Shown one piece after another: positions 44,783-54,662 of a stretch of 64,000 nucleotides of DNA (positions are counted from its first letter, which is position 1; the number at the start of each line of letters is the position of its first letter). Source of the DNA: an uncultured bacterium (GTDB lineage Bacteria; Acidobacteriota; Aminicenantia; UBA2199); NCBI GenBank assembly GCA_965603365.1, contig CBFDCR010000010.1, forward strand, positions 27,425 to 91,424. The letters are read 5' to 3'. The notes under the pieces were generated by a model. It was not told the origin of the DNA, made no database searches, and saw only the letters and a program-made list of their open reading frames with translations. A program made the position numbers and the translations under genes.

Positions 44783-45778
44783 TCATTTTTTGCCCAGCAA
44801 AAGGTTCAGGCCAGGGGCCGGGTCTTTGCGGATGATTTCAGAAAGCCCGGCAGCCTCCATCCAGGTGCAGATTTCCGCCTCGGTATAGGTGTCGCCCCCC
44901 GGGGTGCCCACCAACATGTTCAGGGCAAAAATAACCGCCTGCTCCGGGCCGGTACGGTCATGGTCTACAATAAAGTCCAGAATCACCAACCGGCCGCCGG
45001 GATTGAGGGCATTGGCCCCTTTTTGGATCAATTGTCGGTTCTCCTGGGGAGAGTTGATGTGGATGATGGCGGACATGAATACCAGGTCAAAGCCGCTGCC
45101 CAGATCATCGTTCAAATAATTGCCTTCGACGGTGGAAACCTGGGCCGCTAACCCCTCTTCTTGAATGTACTGCCGGGTGAGGGGAATCACTCTGGGCAGG
45201 TCGAAGATCACGGCGGTCCGCTCCGGACTTCCCCTCACCATGGCCATGGTATAGACACCGGAGCCGCCGCCCACATCGAGGATACGCCGCACCCCCGAAA
45301 GGTCGAGATGTTTCACCAGCATACCTGCCTGGTCCCGGGCCCGGGCATGCATGGCGCCGATAAAGGCCCGGGTGCGGTCGGTGGTCTCCCGGTCACCGGC
45401 TGGCGCCAACACCTGCCCCCCGGCCCGCACCGCTTCGGTAAGGGTGGTCCAGGTGCGCCACTGGTTGGCGGTGTGCAGCAAACCTCTCATGAAATCGGGG
45501 CTTTTTTGATTTAAATAGCGGCGGGCAGCCGGCGTATTGATAAATCGATCATTCTCCTTGATCAAAAAACCCAGCGCCACCAGGGCATTGAGCAGCCGGT
45601 CGGTTCCCCGGGGATCGGTACCGGCCTCTTCTGCCACCTGCCGGGAAGTTTTTTTCCGATCTCCTAATACGGTAAATACATCCAGTTCCAGGGCGGTGAG
45701 CAAGATCCGGCTGTGGCGAAAGCCGACGGCCAGTTCCCTGATATCCTGGGGAGTTTTGTACTGGTTCTCTTTTTTCAT
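44783..45778 (-). CDS. class I SAM-dependent O-methyltransferase with an N-terminal winged-helix dimerisation domain
   Basis: The SAM motif is ILDVGGGSGVY, with a COMT/plant-type OMT-like layout. It overlaps the upstream gene by 4 nt. Confidence 0.75.
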   Translation of the reverse strand: MKKENQYKTPQDIRELAVGFRHSRILLTALELDVFTVLGDRKKTSRQVAEEAGTDPRGTDRLLNALVALGFLIKENDRFINTPAARRYLNQKSPDFMRGLLHTANQWRTWTTLTEAVRAGGQVLAPAGDRETTDRTRAFIGAMHARARDQAGMLVKHLDLSGVRRILDVGGGSGVYTMAMVRGSPERTAVIFDLPRVIPLTRQYIQEEGLAAQVSTVEGNYLNDDLGSGFDLVFMSAIIHINSPQENRQLIQKGANALNPGGRLVILDFIVDHDRTGPEQAVIFALNMLVGTPGGDTYTEAEICTWMEAAGLSEIIRKDPAPGLNLLLGKK

Positions 45779-46497
45779 TCCTCTAAATGCCTTAGAAAAG
45801 CCCGCCGGACCGTTTGCATCAATTCACCGATATTTTCCCGGGTATAACCATGGCTGGAGACGGGCGGTTCAACCACCAGGGTCACTCTTCCCGGCTTGAT
45901 CAACCAACTGGTCTTCCGCTTGATTTGAAAACTCCCCAACTGGATGACGGGTAAAATGTCCAGCCCGGCCTCTAAGGCCAGCAGGAAACCGCCCTTCTTG
46001 AAGGGGCTCAATTTACCGGTGATGGTGCGGGTGCCTTCGGGCAGTACGATAAAGGAGAAATCCTTCTTCTTTTGTATCAGGGCGGCGGCCTGCTTGAGGC
46101 TCTCCAGGGCCTTCCGCCCGCTCCGGCGGCTAACCGGGATGAGGCCGACTCGCCTGATTACCCAGCCGTAGACCGGCCATCTAAAATGGCTCTCCTCTTC
46201 GATTCCCCTGGCGTATCCGGGAAACCGGCTGTAAAAGACGAATCCATCAAATAGGTTGACATGATTCATCATCACGATGTACTGCTTTTGGGGGTCGATG
46301 TGTTCGATCCCTTTGGTGTCGATTCTTATGCCCGAAACCCATACCAGCGATCTACACAGTCCCTTGACCATCTTCTCAAAGAGCCTACCGGTACGGCATA
46401 GGCCCACCAAAAATAGAAGAATCGTCCACACACTCAAGACCAGTGGTCCAACGATCCAGACGTAGAGGGAAACGACGACCTCTTTGAGTGTTCTCAT
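45775..46497 (-). CDS. plsC: 1-acyl-sn-glycerol-3-phosphate acyltransferase
   Basis: The HX4D motif (NHVNLFD) and PEGTRT are present, with an N-terminal TM segment. Confidence 0.85.
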   Translation of the reverse strand: MRTLKEVVVSLYVWIVGPLVLSVWTILLFLVGLCRTGRLFEKMVKGLCRSLVWVSGIRIDTKGIEHIDPQKQYIVMMNHVNLFDGFVFYSRFPGYARGIEEESHFRWPVYGWVIRRVGLIPVSRRSGRKALESLKQAAALIQKKKDFSFIVLPEGTRTITGKLSPFKKGGFLLALEAGLDILPVIQLGSFQIKRKTSWLIKPGRVTLVVEPPVSSHGYTRENIGELMQTVRRAFLRHLEE

Positions 46498-47408
46498 ACC
46501 AGGATCTTCAGTTCTCCGGGCAGCACCTTCAAGCTCATGGGGGTTTCTCCCAGGAGCTCGCCGTCGGCCATCAGTAGTTGCGGCGGTTCCGCCTTGATCT
46601 CGATCTCCTTACCCCGGAAGACATCGACCTTTGGGTGATCGATATGTTTGCCCTTAAACACGTTGACAAAAATATTGACGATTTCCCGGCGGTTGACTTC
46701 GTTGAACACAATCGCATCCACCAGGCCGTCGTCGGTCTCGGCCGTGGGCGCAATTTTCATGGCCCCGCCGGTATACCTGGAATTGGAGATGACCAGACTG
46801 CTGTCTTTGAGTTCAACATCTTCCCCATCCACCCGCATGGTGAAACGGTTATCCATGCCTTTGAAGAGCCGGATCAACACCGCTAAGCTGTACCCCAGGG
46901 GGCCTAAGGGTTTCAACTTTTCATTGGTCAGTTTCAGGATATCGGCAATCAGGCCAATACCCAGAATATTCAGATAGTATTTCTTTAATGGGGCACCATC
47001 TTTGTAATAACTGAACTCCACCAGATCCACCCGCCGTCCGGGGCTGCCGAGGACTCTATCGACGGCGTCCCCAGCGGAGACATCCCAGAAATCCCGCAGA
47101 AAGGAGTTGCCGGTTCCGGCTGGGATCATGGCCCATTCGATCTCCCTCTGCGGCTTTCCGGTTGCATAGAGGCCATTGATGAGCTCAAAGGGGGTACCGT
47201 CACCGCCGATGGATACCACTCGCCCATAGCCCCGCGGGACAACCTGCTGCCCCAGTTCAAACAGATGGCCCGGATACCGGGAAACCTCAAAATCCAGATC
47301 CTTTATTTTCCCCTTCAGTTTTTCATATACCGAATCGGCAATTTTTTTTCCTTTGCCCTTACCGGCCGCCGGATTCAAAATCAGTAAAGTTTTTCGATCA
47401 TCTATCAT
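46494..47408 (-). CDS. diacylglycerol/lipid kinase family protein (YegS/BmrU-like)
   Basis: Motifs are LLILNPAAGKGKG and SIGGDGT. The length is 304 aa. Confidence 0.85.
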   Translation of the reverse strand: MIDDRKTLLILNPAAGKGKGKKIADSVYEKLKGKIKDLDFEVSRYPGHLFELGQQVVPRGYGRVVSIGGDGTPFELINGLYATGKPQREIEWAMIPAGTGNSFLRDFWDVSAGDAVDRVLGSPGRRVDLVEFSYYKDGAPLKKYYLNILGIGLIADILKLTNEKLKPLGPLGYSLAVLIRLFKGMDNRFTMRVDGEDVELKDSSLVISNSRYTGGAMKIAPTAETDDGLVDAIVFNEVNRREIVNIFVNVFKGKHIDHPKVDVFRGKEIEIKAEPPQLLMADGELLGETPMSLKVLPGELKILV

Positions 47409-47550
47409 GACCTCTTATATCACAGACGAAACGATTTTTCAAATCCCGTTTTATTTTCTGTTAGAGTTTTCACCCTCTGCAACCACCGACCCTTAAAAAA
47501 ATAGCCGGGGGATGGGTAAACTGCCCCTTTTTTATCTTTTTATGGTGTTT

Positions 47551-47577
47551 GGGGATTGGGGATTGGGGGATTTGGGG
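47551..47577 (+). repeat. tandem TTGGGGA-type repeat / canonical G-quadruplex motif
   Basis: The sequence is GGGG-att-GGGG-att-GGGGG-attt-GGGG: four G-runs of at least 4 with 3-4 nt loops, located 5 nt from the 3' end of the tRNA gene. Confidence 0.7.
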
Positions 47578-47581
47578 AAAA

Positions 47582-47658
<77 letters not shown>

Positions 47659-47748
47659 TTACCAGGTCGTCATAAAATGGTATTATATAATAATTTTAAT
47701 GGTTTGTCAAATTGAAAGAAAAGGATTAAAATAAATGGGCAAAAAGAA

Positions 47749-49272
47749 ATGAAAATTACAAGAAGCTGTGGATTGTTACTTCATGTTACGTCACTGCCGG
47801 GCGCCTACGGCATCGGTACGTTGGGACGAGAGGCTTACGAGTTTATCGATCAGTTGCGGGAGGGGGGGCAGCGGTTCTGGCAGATTTTGCCCGTTGGGCC
47901 GGTTTCTTCATTTTTTGGATTTTCCCCCTATTCCTCCAGCTCAACGTTTGCCGGGAATCCCCTGTTCATCAGTATAGAAACCCTTCAGCAAGAAGAGTGG
48001 CTCTCGGCCGATAGAATAGGTGATATACCGGTTGACAGGGGCAGCGGTTATGTCGATTTTGAACGGGTGCTGCGGCAGACGTTCGTCTGCCTGCGCCGGG
48101 CATTTGAGCATTTCCGGAAAGATGCGGATCAAAAAATGATGGAGTCGTTTTCCCGGTTTTGTGAAACCCATAGATGGTGGCTGGAGGATTTTGCCCTGTT
48201 TACGGCCCTGGCTCATTATCACGGTAGTTTTAATTGGCAAAGCTGGCCGCCGGCAGTTGCCGGCCGGGAACCGGCGGCTCTAAAAACATGGCGGCATAAA
48301 TTGGCTGAAGAGATAAGATTTCAGCAATTTGTCCAGTTTGTTTTTTTTAGTCAATGGGAAAGGCTTCGACAATATGCCCGGCAAAAGGGCATCCGGATCA
48401 TCGGCGATCTGCCCATCTATGTGACCATGGACAGTGCCGATGTCTGGGCAAACCGAAACATATTCCAACTGGATCGAGATACTGGAAAACCACTGGCGGT
48501 GGCCGGGGTACCGCCGGATTATTTCAGCAAGACCGGCCAGCGTTGGGGCAATCCACTATACCGCTGGTTCGAGGGAAAATCGTTGAAGCGGAAGACCCTC
48601 CAGTGGTGGCAGCACCGGCTGCAGCATCTGTTGATGATGGTGGATTTGGTGCGTATCGATCACTTCAGGGGATTTGAAGCCTACTGGGCTATACCGGCTG
48701 GAGAAAAGACTGCAGTCAAAGGAGAGTGGCTGCCGGGGCCGGGGGCGGCATTTTTCAACTACCTGAAGCAGGAACTGGGGGAACTGTCCTTGATCGCCGA
48801 AGATCTGGGAATGATTACCCCGGCGGTGGAAAAGCTGCGGGACGATTTTGGCCTGCCGGGCATGAAGGTGCTGCAGTTTGCCTTTGACGGCAACAGGGAA
48901 AATCCCTATCTGCCCCACAACTTCAAGACCCGCAACTGCATTGTGTATACCGGTACCCATGACAACAACACTTCGCGGGGCTGGTTCTTCGGGGCTGAAA
49001 CCGATGAAGAGCAAAGAAAGAGAATTTTAGACTATATGGACATCGAAGGAAGAGATGAGTTTCATTGGCACTTCATCCGCCTGGCCCTGGATTCTGCGGC
49101 CGATCTGGCTGTCATCCCGGTTCAGGATATTCTGGGATTGGGGGAAAAAGATCGTATGAATTTCCCGGGACAGACGGAACGAAACTGGGCCTGGAAGCTA
49201 AAACCGGGACAGTTGGGTGGGGAGGAGTTGAAACGGTTGAAGCACTTGTGTCAACTGTACAGGCGGGTGTGA
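47749..49272 (+). CDS. malQ: 4-alpha-glucanotransferase (amylomaltase, GH77)
   Basis: Motifs are GLLLHVTSLPG.YGIG, RIDHFRGF and GTHDNNT. The length is 507 aa. Confidence 0.9.
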   Translation: MKITRSCGLLLHVTSLPGAYGIGTLGREAYEFIDQLREGGQRFWQILPVGPVSSFFGFSPYSSSSTFAGNPLFISIETLQQEEWLSADRIGDIPVDRGSGYVDFERVLRQTFVCLRRAFEHFRKDADQKMMESFSRFCETHRWWLEDFALFTALAHYHGSFNWQSWPPAVAGREPAALKTWRHKLAEEIRFQQFVQFVFFSQWERLRQYARQKGIRIIGDLPIYVTMDSADVWANRNIFQLDRDTGKPLAVAGVPPDYFSKTGQRWGNPLYRWFEGKSLKRKTLQWWQHRLQHLLMMVDLVRIDHFRGFEAYWAIPAGEKTAVKGEWLPGPGAAFFNYLKQELGELSLIAEDLGMITPAVEKLRDDFGLPGMKVLQFAFDGNRENPYLPHNFKTRNCIVYTGTHDNNTSRGWFFGAETDEEQRKRILDYMDIEGRDEFHWHFIRLALDSAADLAVIPVQDILGLGEKDRMNFPGQTERNWAWKLKPGQLGGEELKRLKHLCQLYRRV

Positions 49273-49320
49273 TTGTGATACGGCGAATTTTATGGTAAAA
49301 GAAGAAATAAGGAGTTTACG

Positions 49321-51018
49321 ATGAAACGCTGCATGTTGGTTTTTCTTATTTTATCTATTTTTTATAATTTGGGCCAGGCTGCCGACCGCATCACCGGCAA
49401 GATGTTCGCCAGCCGTTCAGAGGTGATGGCCGCCGAGGGCATGGTGGCTACCAGCCAGCCTCTAGCGGTTCAGATCGGCATCGATATTTTAAAAAAGGGC
49501 GGGTCGGCGGTGGATGCCGCCATTGGCGTGAACGCGGCCATGGGCCTCATGGAACCCACCGGCTGCGGCATCGGCGGCGATCTGTTTGTCATTGTCTGGG
49601 ACAATCAAGAGAAAAAGATGTACGGCTTAAATGCCAGCGGCCGGGCGCCGTTGGCGATTTCCCTGAAGGTATTTAAGGAAAAGGGGTTAACCGCGATTCC
49701 CTACGACGGTCCGCTGTCCTGGACGGTGCCGGGCTGTGTGGACGGCTGGTTTGAGCTGCATAAAAAATTTGGTAACCTACCAATAAAAACCCTGCTGGAA
49801 CCCGCCGTCCGCTATGCCCGCCGGGGATTTCCGGTGTCGGAACTGATTGCCTACTACTGGAACCGCTCCATAGACCGATTCAAGGAATTTGAAAACTTCC
49901 AGAAGCTGTATGCACCGGCCGGCAAATATCTGAACAAAGGCGATATCTTCAAGAATCCGGAATTGGCACAGACGCTGTCGTTGATTGCCCGCAAAGGCCG
50001 GGATGCCTTTTACAAGGGGGAGATTGCCCGCAACATTGCGGCCTATTCCCAAAAGGTGGGCGGGTTTTTTCAATACGAAGATTTTGCCCGCCACCACTCC
50101 GATTGGGTGGAGCCGCTAAAGGTGAATTACCAGGGCTGCGAGGTCTGGGAGCTGCCCCCCAACGGGCAGGGCATAGCGGTGCTGCAGATGCTGCAAATGC
50201 TGAAGCGATTTGACCTGAAGGCCATGGGCCACAATTCGGCCCAATATCTCCATACCCTGATCGAGGTCAAGAAAATCGTCTACGAAGATCGGGCCAAATT
50301 TTATGCAGATCCCCAATTTATCGAACTCCCTCTTGAAGAGCTGCTCTCCGAAGGGTACGCCGAAAAGAGGCTTAAGCACTTAGATCCCCGAAGGTCTGCC
50401 CGCCAGATCCCGGCCGGCGATATCCGACTGGAAAGGGGAGATACGGTCTATTTAACGGTGGTGGACAAAGACCGCAATGCGGTGTCTCTCATTCAAAGCA
50501 ATTACGCCGGGTTCGGCTCGGGCAGCGTGCCCGACGGGCTGGGATTCTGCATCCAGGACCGGGGCTGCTTGTTCAGCTTAGAAGAGGGGCATGCCAATGT
50601 CATCGAGCCGGGCAAACGTCCCTTCCATACCATCATCCCGGCCATGGTAACCAGAGAGGGCCGGCCGGTCTTTACCTTTGGGGTGATGGGCGGGTCCATG
50701 CAGCCCCAGGGACACGTGCAGGTTTTGTTGAATATCATCGATTTCGGCATGGGTATCCAGGAAGCTGGCGATGCCCCGCGGTTTCGCCATTCCGGTTCTT
50801 CCCAGCCCAATGGCGGTATCATGAGAAACGGCGGTATTGTCTACCTGGAGGGCGGCATCTCTTCCCAGGTGATCCAGGAATTGCTGGATTGGGGCCACCG
50901 CATCGGCAAGACCCGGGGCGGATTCGGGGGCTACCAGGGAATCTGGATCGATCATCGGCGCGGCATCCTGATAGGCGCCAGTGAATCCCGCAAAGATGGC
51001 TGTGCCATCGGTTATTGA
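49321..51018 (+). CDS. ggt: gamma-glutamyltransferase
   Basis: A signal peptide is present. The autoprocessing site context is GDTVYLTVVD, and MGGSMQPQGHVQVL is also present. The length is 565 aa. Confidence 0.88.
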   Translation: MKRCMLVFLILSIFYNLGQAADRITGKMFASRSEVMAAEGMVATSQPLAVQIGIDILKKGGSAVDAAIGVNAAMGLMEPTGCGIGGDLFVIVWDNQEKKMYGLNASGRAPLAISLKVFKEKGLTAIPYDGPLSWTVPGCVDGWFELHKKFGNLPIKTLLEPAVRYARRGFPVSELIAYYWNRSIDRFKEFENFQKLYAPAGKYLNKGDIFKNPELAQTLSLIARKGRDAFYKGEIARNIAAYSQKVGGFFQYEDFARHHSDWVEPLKVNYQGCEVWELPPNGQGIAVLQMLQMLKRFDLKAMGHNSAQYLHTLIEVKKIVYEDRAKFYADPQFIELPLEELLSEGYAEKRLKHLDPRRSARQIPAGDIRLERGDTVYLTVVDKDRNAVSLIQSNYAGFGSGSVPDGLGFCIQDRGCLFSLEEGHANVIEPGKRPFHTIIPAMVTREGRPVFTFGVMGGSMQPQGHVQVLLNIIDFGMGIQEAGDAPRFRHSGSSQPNGGIMRNGGIVYLEGGISSQVIQELLDWGHRIGKTRGGFGGYQGIWIDHRRGILIGASESRKDGCAIGY

Positions 51019-51039
51019 AGGGAACGAAAAAGAGGCCGC

Positions 51040-51792
51040 ATGAGCGAAGCGTGGTATGAGCACTTTTATACCGGGGATTTTATCGAGGCGGTGGGATTTG
51101 CCGCACCGGAACAGACGGCCCTGGAAGCCGATTTTGTCAAGAAGGTGTTGAAATGCCCGGCAGGAGCCAGGATTTTGGACCTCTGCTGCGGCTACGGCCG
51201 GCATGCCTTTGAACTGGCAAAATCCGGTGAGTACCGGGTGATTGGCCAGGATCTATCGACCGACTACCTGAGAATAGCAAAAAAAAAATTTTCCGGCCCC
51301 AACGTTGAATATATCAGGGGGGACATGCGGGAAATCCCCTTTGAAAATGAATTCGACGGCGTGATCGATTTGTTTACCTCCTTCGGTTTTTTCGACAGCG
51401 ACGGGGAGAATGAACGGGTCCTGGCCGCCGTGCACCGGGCCTTAAAACCGGACGGCCTCTTCCTGTTAGACTATGAGAACAAATTCTATTTTGTCTATCA
51501 CGATGTGTTTCTTAAACGGAGATACTGGGAACAGATAGATGGCCGATTTTACCTCTACGAAAATAGATACGACCCCTTTTTGGAGCGGGAAATAATGGAT
51601 GTCAGGATCTTTGAGAACGGCGAGGTCAAACGGAGCGGCGGCTACAACATCCGCCTCTATGGTTACCCTGAAATCGAAAAGATGTTGTCAAGAACCGGCT
51701 TTACCATCCGGCAAACCTGGGGCGACTACCGTGGTAACCCCTACTCGACCCACAGCCCCCGCCTCATCCTCCTCTCACAGAAGATTCGCTGA
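51040..51792 (+). CDS. class I SAM-dependent methyltransferase
   Basis: The motif I sequence is ILDLCCGYGRH, and LKPDGLFLLD is also present. Confidence 0.75.
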   Translation: MSEAWYEHFYTGDFIEAVGFAAPEQTALEADFVKKVLKCPAGARILDLCCGYGRHAFELAKSGEYRVIGQDLSTDYLRIAKKKFSGPNVEYIRGDMREIPFENEFDGVIDLFTSFGFFDSDGENERVLAAVHRALKPDGLFLLDYENKFYFVYHDVFLKRRYWEQIDGRFYLYENRYDPFLEREIMDVRIFENGEVKRSGGYNIRLYGYPEIEKMLSRTGFTIRQTWGDYRGNPYSTHSPRLILLSQKIR

Positions 51793-51808
51793 AGGGTTTC
51801 GGGACAAT

Positions 51809-53809
51809 TTATTTTTTCAGGGTTTTGGCGGCGTTGAGCATGATGTCCTGGATGCGGGGCACCACTTCGTCGATGTTGTCGATGATGCCTTCCCGCAGCA
51901 TCATGTTGTCCAAGAGCTGCCAGGCCAGGGCGATCAATCCGGGGGAATCGGGTTTCTTCTTGTGGATGGCCACCATCTCCTTGATCAAATCGTGGTCGCC
52001 ATTGAGCTCAAAAATCCGTTTGGAGAAATTGTAATCTTTGCTGGTCATCTTCATGATCTTTTCCATCTGGATGGATGGACCCTGGCCGCTGTGGACCAGA
52101 AGGCAGGGGCTGTCCACCAACCGCCTGGAGACTTTTACATCCTCTAACTTGTCGCCGTAAACGGTTTTGAGATAACCGACGAAGTTGTTCAGCTCCTTCT
52201 GGTATTGTTCGTCTTTCTCCTTTTCTTTTCCCTCTTCTTTCTTCTTTTTATCTTCATCCTCTTCATCAAACTGGATGTCAGCTGCTTCGGCGGTCTTAAA
52301 GTGTTTACCCTCAAACTCTTTCAGATGATCCACGGCGATCTCGTCCAGCGGCTCGGTTAGATACAGCACCTCGATATCCTTTTTCTTAAAGGCCTCCAGG
52401 GCCGGGTTTTTGGACAGTAGACCGATATCAAAGCCGGTGATGTAGTAGATATAATCCTGATCTTTCTTCATATCTTTGACATATTCCGCCAGGTCACCAA
52501 ATTCATCTTGGGACTTTTTGGAGGAATGAAAGAGCAGCAATTGGGCCAGCTTTTCGCGGTTCTCGAAGTCCGCGGCAATGCCCTCTTTAAAGTGCTTGCC
52601 GTGGCTCTTCCAGATATCCAGATATTTCTCTTTTTTCTTTTTTTTGATTTTTTCGAGGTGCTCGAATAACTTTTTCATAATATGCTTTTTGATTTTATCG
52701 ATCAGGATATCGTTCTGAATGGTTTCCCTCGAGATATTTAAGGGAATATCTTCGGAATCGATAATCCCTTTGACGAATCTCAGGTACTCGGGCAGGATAT
52801 CTCGACAGCCTTTTTGAATCAAGACCTTCCGGGAGTAAAGGTCCACACCTGGTTCGGATTTGAAGAAACCCGGCATTTCCGTGGAGGTTTTGGGGAGAAA
52901 GAGGATGGTGTTGAATTGGACCGGAGCATCCGACGATAGGTGGAGATAGGTCTCGGGATTATCGGGGGTGGTGTCGAAAAACTTGAAGAATTCTTGATAA
53001 TCCTTCTCCTTGAGACTACTCTTAGGCTGGGTCCAGATGGCCTCTTTACTGTCGATCTTTTCGCCTTCAATATAGAGGGGGAAGGGCACAAATTGGGAGT
53101 GTTTGGTGATGATGTGCTTGACCCGGTATTTTTCCATGAATTCCTTTTCATCTTTTTTCAAAATGAGTTCGATCCGGGTGCCCCGCTGTTTCTTCACCGT
53201 CTCCTCGATGGTATAGTTGGAACTTCCCCTGGACTTCCATAAATAGGCCTTGCTGGTTTTGCGAAAGGATTTGGTAATGATATGGATTTCGCTGGCTACC
53301 ATGAAGCTGGAGTAAAATCCCACCCCGAATTTACCGATCATATCATCCATTTTCGTTTGTTCATCGGCTTTGACAGCCCTTTTCAGAAAATTCATGGTTC
53401 CGGAGCGGGCGATGGTACCGATGTTGTCGATGATCTCCTGCCTGGTCATGCCGATACCGGTATCTTCGACGACCAGTCGATTCCGTGTTTTGTCGAAGGA
53501 GATATCGATTTTGAGATCCAGGTCTTTTTCGGCCACGTTCTCATCGGTCAGGATTTGAAATTTAACCTTGTTTATAGCATCCACGGCGTTGGAAATGAGC
53601 TCCCTTAAAAAGACCTCTTTGTTTTTATAGAGTGAATAAACCAGGATCTCCAGCAGTTGTTTGACTTCCGACTGAAATTCCAACTTCTCGGTTTTCTGCC
53701 CGGCTTTCTCTTCGGCCTTTTCTGTGGCCTTTGCTTCACTTTTGGTTTCTTCGGATTCGGTGGGTTCGACCTTTTCCTCTGCGTTTTGTTTGGCTTTTTC
53801 TTCAGACAT
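51809..53809 (-). CDS. htpG: molecular chaperone HtpG (Hsp90)
   Basis: Motifs are EVFLRELISNAVDAI and IGKFGVGFYS. The length is 666 aa, with an acidic/lysine-rich N-terminal extension. Confidence 0.93.
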   Translation of the reverse strand: MSEEKAKQNAEEKVEPTESEETKSEAKATEKAEEKAGQKTEKLEFQSEVKQLLEILVYSLYKNKEVFLRELISNAVDAINKVKFQILTDENVAEKDLDLKIDISFDKTRNRLVVEDTGIGMTRQEIIDNIGTIARSGTMNFLKRAVKADEQTKMDDMIGKFGVGFYSSFMVASEIHIITKSFRKTSKAYLWKSRGSSNYTIEETVKKQRGTRIELILKKDEKEFMEKYRVKHIITKHSQFVPFPLYIEGEKIDSKEAIWTQPKSSLKEKDYQEFFKFFDTTPDNPETYLHLSSDAPVQFNTILFLPKTSTEMPGFFKSEPGVDLYSRKVLIQKGCRDILPEYLRFVKGIIDSEDIPLNISRETIQNDILIDKIKKHIMKKLFEHLEKIKKKKKEKYLDIWKSHGKHFKEGIAADFENREKLAQLLLFHSSKKSQDEFGDLAEYVKDMKKDQDYIYYITGFDIGLLSKNPALEAFKKKDIEVLYLTEPLDEIAVDHLKEFEGKHFKTAEAADIQFDEEDEDKKKKEEGKEKEKDEQYQKELNNFVGYLKTVYGDKLEDVKVSRRLVDSPCLLVHSGQGPSIQMEKIMKMTSKDYNFSKRIFELNGDHDLIKEMVAIHKKKPDSPGLIALAWQLLDNMMLREGIIDNIDEVVPRIQDIMLNAAKTLKK

Positions 53810-53833
53810 CGTTTCCTCCTAAAGACTTCATAA

Positions 53834-53862
53834 TTTATATTATATTATACCATCCCTGTCAA
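53834..53862 (-). promoter_or_regulatory. sigma-70-type promoter of htpG (TTGACA-N17-TATAAA)
   Basis: On the minus strand, TTGACA lies at 53862-53857, followed by a 17-nt spacer and TATAAA at 53839-53834. RBS AGGAGG and the ATG at 53809 follow. Confidence 0.55.
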
Positions 53863-53987
53863 GGGTTTATACTGTCTTTATCAAATTTTTTTGAGTCCAT
53901 GTTTCGCTTTTAGAAATTGAAGGAAGAAAATTTCCTTAATCTTTCTTGTTTCGGCTAAATTTTTGTTTCCTATCTGTCACAGATATC

Positions 53988-54596
53988 TTATAGAATTTCT
54001 AAGCCGTGTTGAAGGATCTCCAGGACCAACGGGTCACTCTCTTTGAAGTCATCTGGATGATAAGGCATCGGTTCGAGTCTTCGGTCTACTTCTCGTCTTA
54101 AAGGTACGATGCGGCGTCGATCCATAAATCGATCGCCGGAAAAGTCTTTCGAAACTACGGCAATATCAATATCGCTGTCACCGGAGGCTTTACCCAATGC
54201 ATATGAACCGTAAAGATATACTTTCTCTACTTTAATATTGTTTTTCAACATAATGCCAATATAGTTTTTTATGATTTTTCTGATTCTATTAACCCTTTCA
54301 GCCATTGGTAGTATTCCTTCCTCGATATTGAAATCGCTCACCATTTCAAAAAATGATTCCTGTTCATCATTAAGTTCTATACCCGCCTTTTTAGCAAGAA
54401 GCGGAAGATTGTGCTTATATGGGACTTTCGTGTCGATATTTTTTACGTATAATGCCTTCAATGTTTTTTCGAGTGCCAGATGACCAATAAAAAGACAGTA
54501 ATGGTAGTCTTTTTTTTTTAAAAGATGGGTGGCTACCTTGAGATCGGATTCAGCGCTTTTCAGCCAAAAAGCAATTAATTCCGCTCTCTTTTTCAT
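53988..54596 (-). CDS. fused truncated HEPN domain + MNT-type nucleotidyltransferase
   Basis: The N-terminal ~95 aa are HEPN-like (WLKSAESDLKVA..LL...DYHYCLFIGHLALEKTLKALY...YKHNL). From internal Met98 (ATG at 54305-54303) onward the sequence is a typical MNT (MAERVNRIRK...VYLYGSYALGKASGDSDIDIAVV). Confidence 0.7.
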   Translation of the reverse strand: MKKRAELIAFWLKSAESDLKVATHLLKKKDYHYCLFIGHLALEKTLKALYVKNIDTKVPYKHNLPLLAKKAGIELNDEQESFFEMVSDFNIEEGILPMAERVNRIRKIIKNYIGIMLKNNIKVEKVYLYGSYALGKASGDSDIDIAVVSKDFSGDRFMDRRRIVPLRREVDRRLEPMPYHPDDFKESDPLVLEILQHGLEIL

Positions 54597-54662
54597 GTTA
54601 TAATTATAGATAGCAAATCCGTAAAAGTCAATTCAGATAGGAAACAAATCTTTTCGAGGGAT

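Noticed and set aside
47541-47580. The G-rich tandem repeat, considered as a CRISPR array or telomeric sequence
   Set aside because: The unit is only 7 nt with no spacers, and no cas genes are present. The replicon context is ordinary chromosomal DNA. It is reported only as a G4-forming microsatellite.
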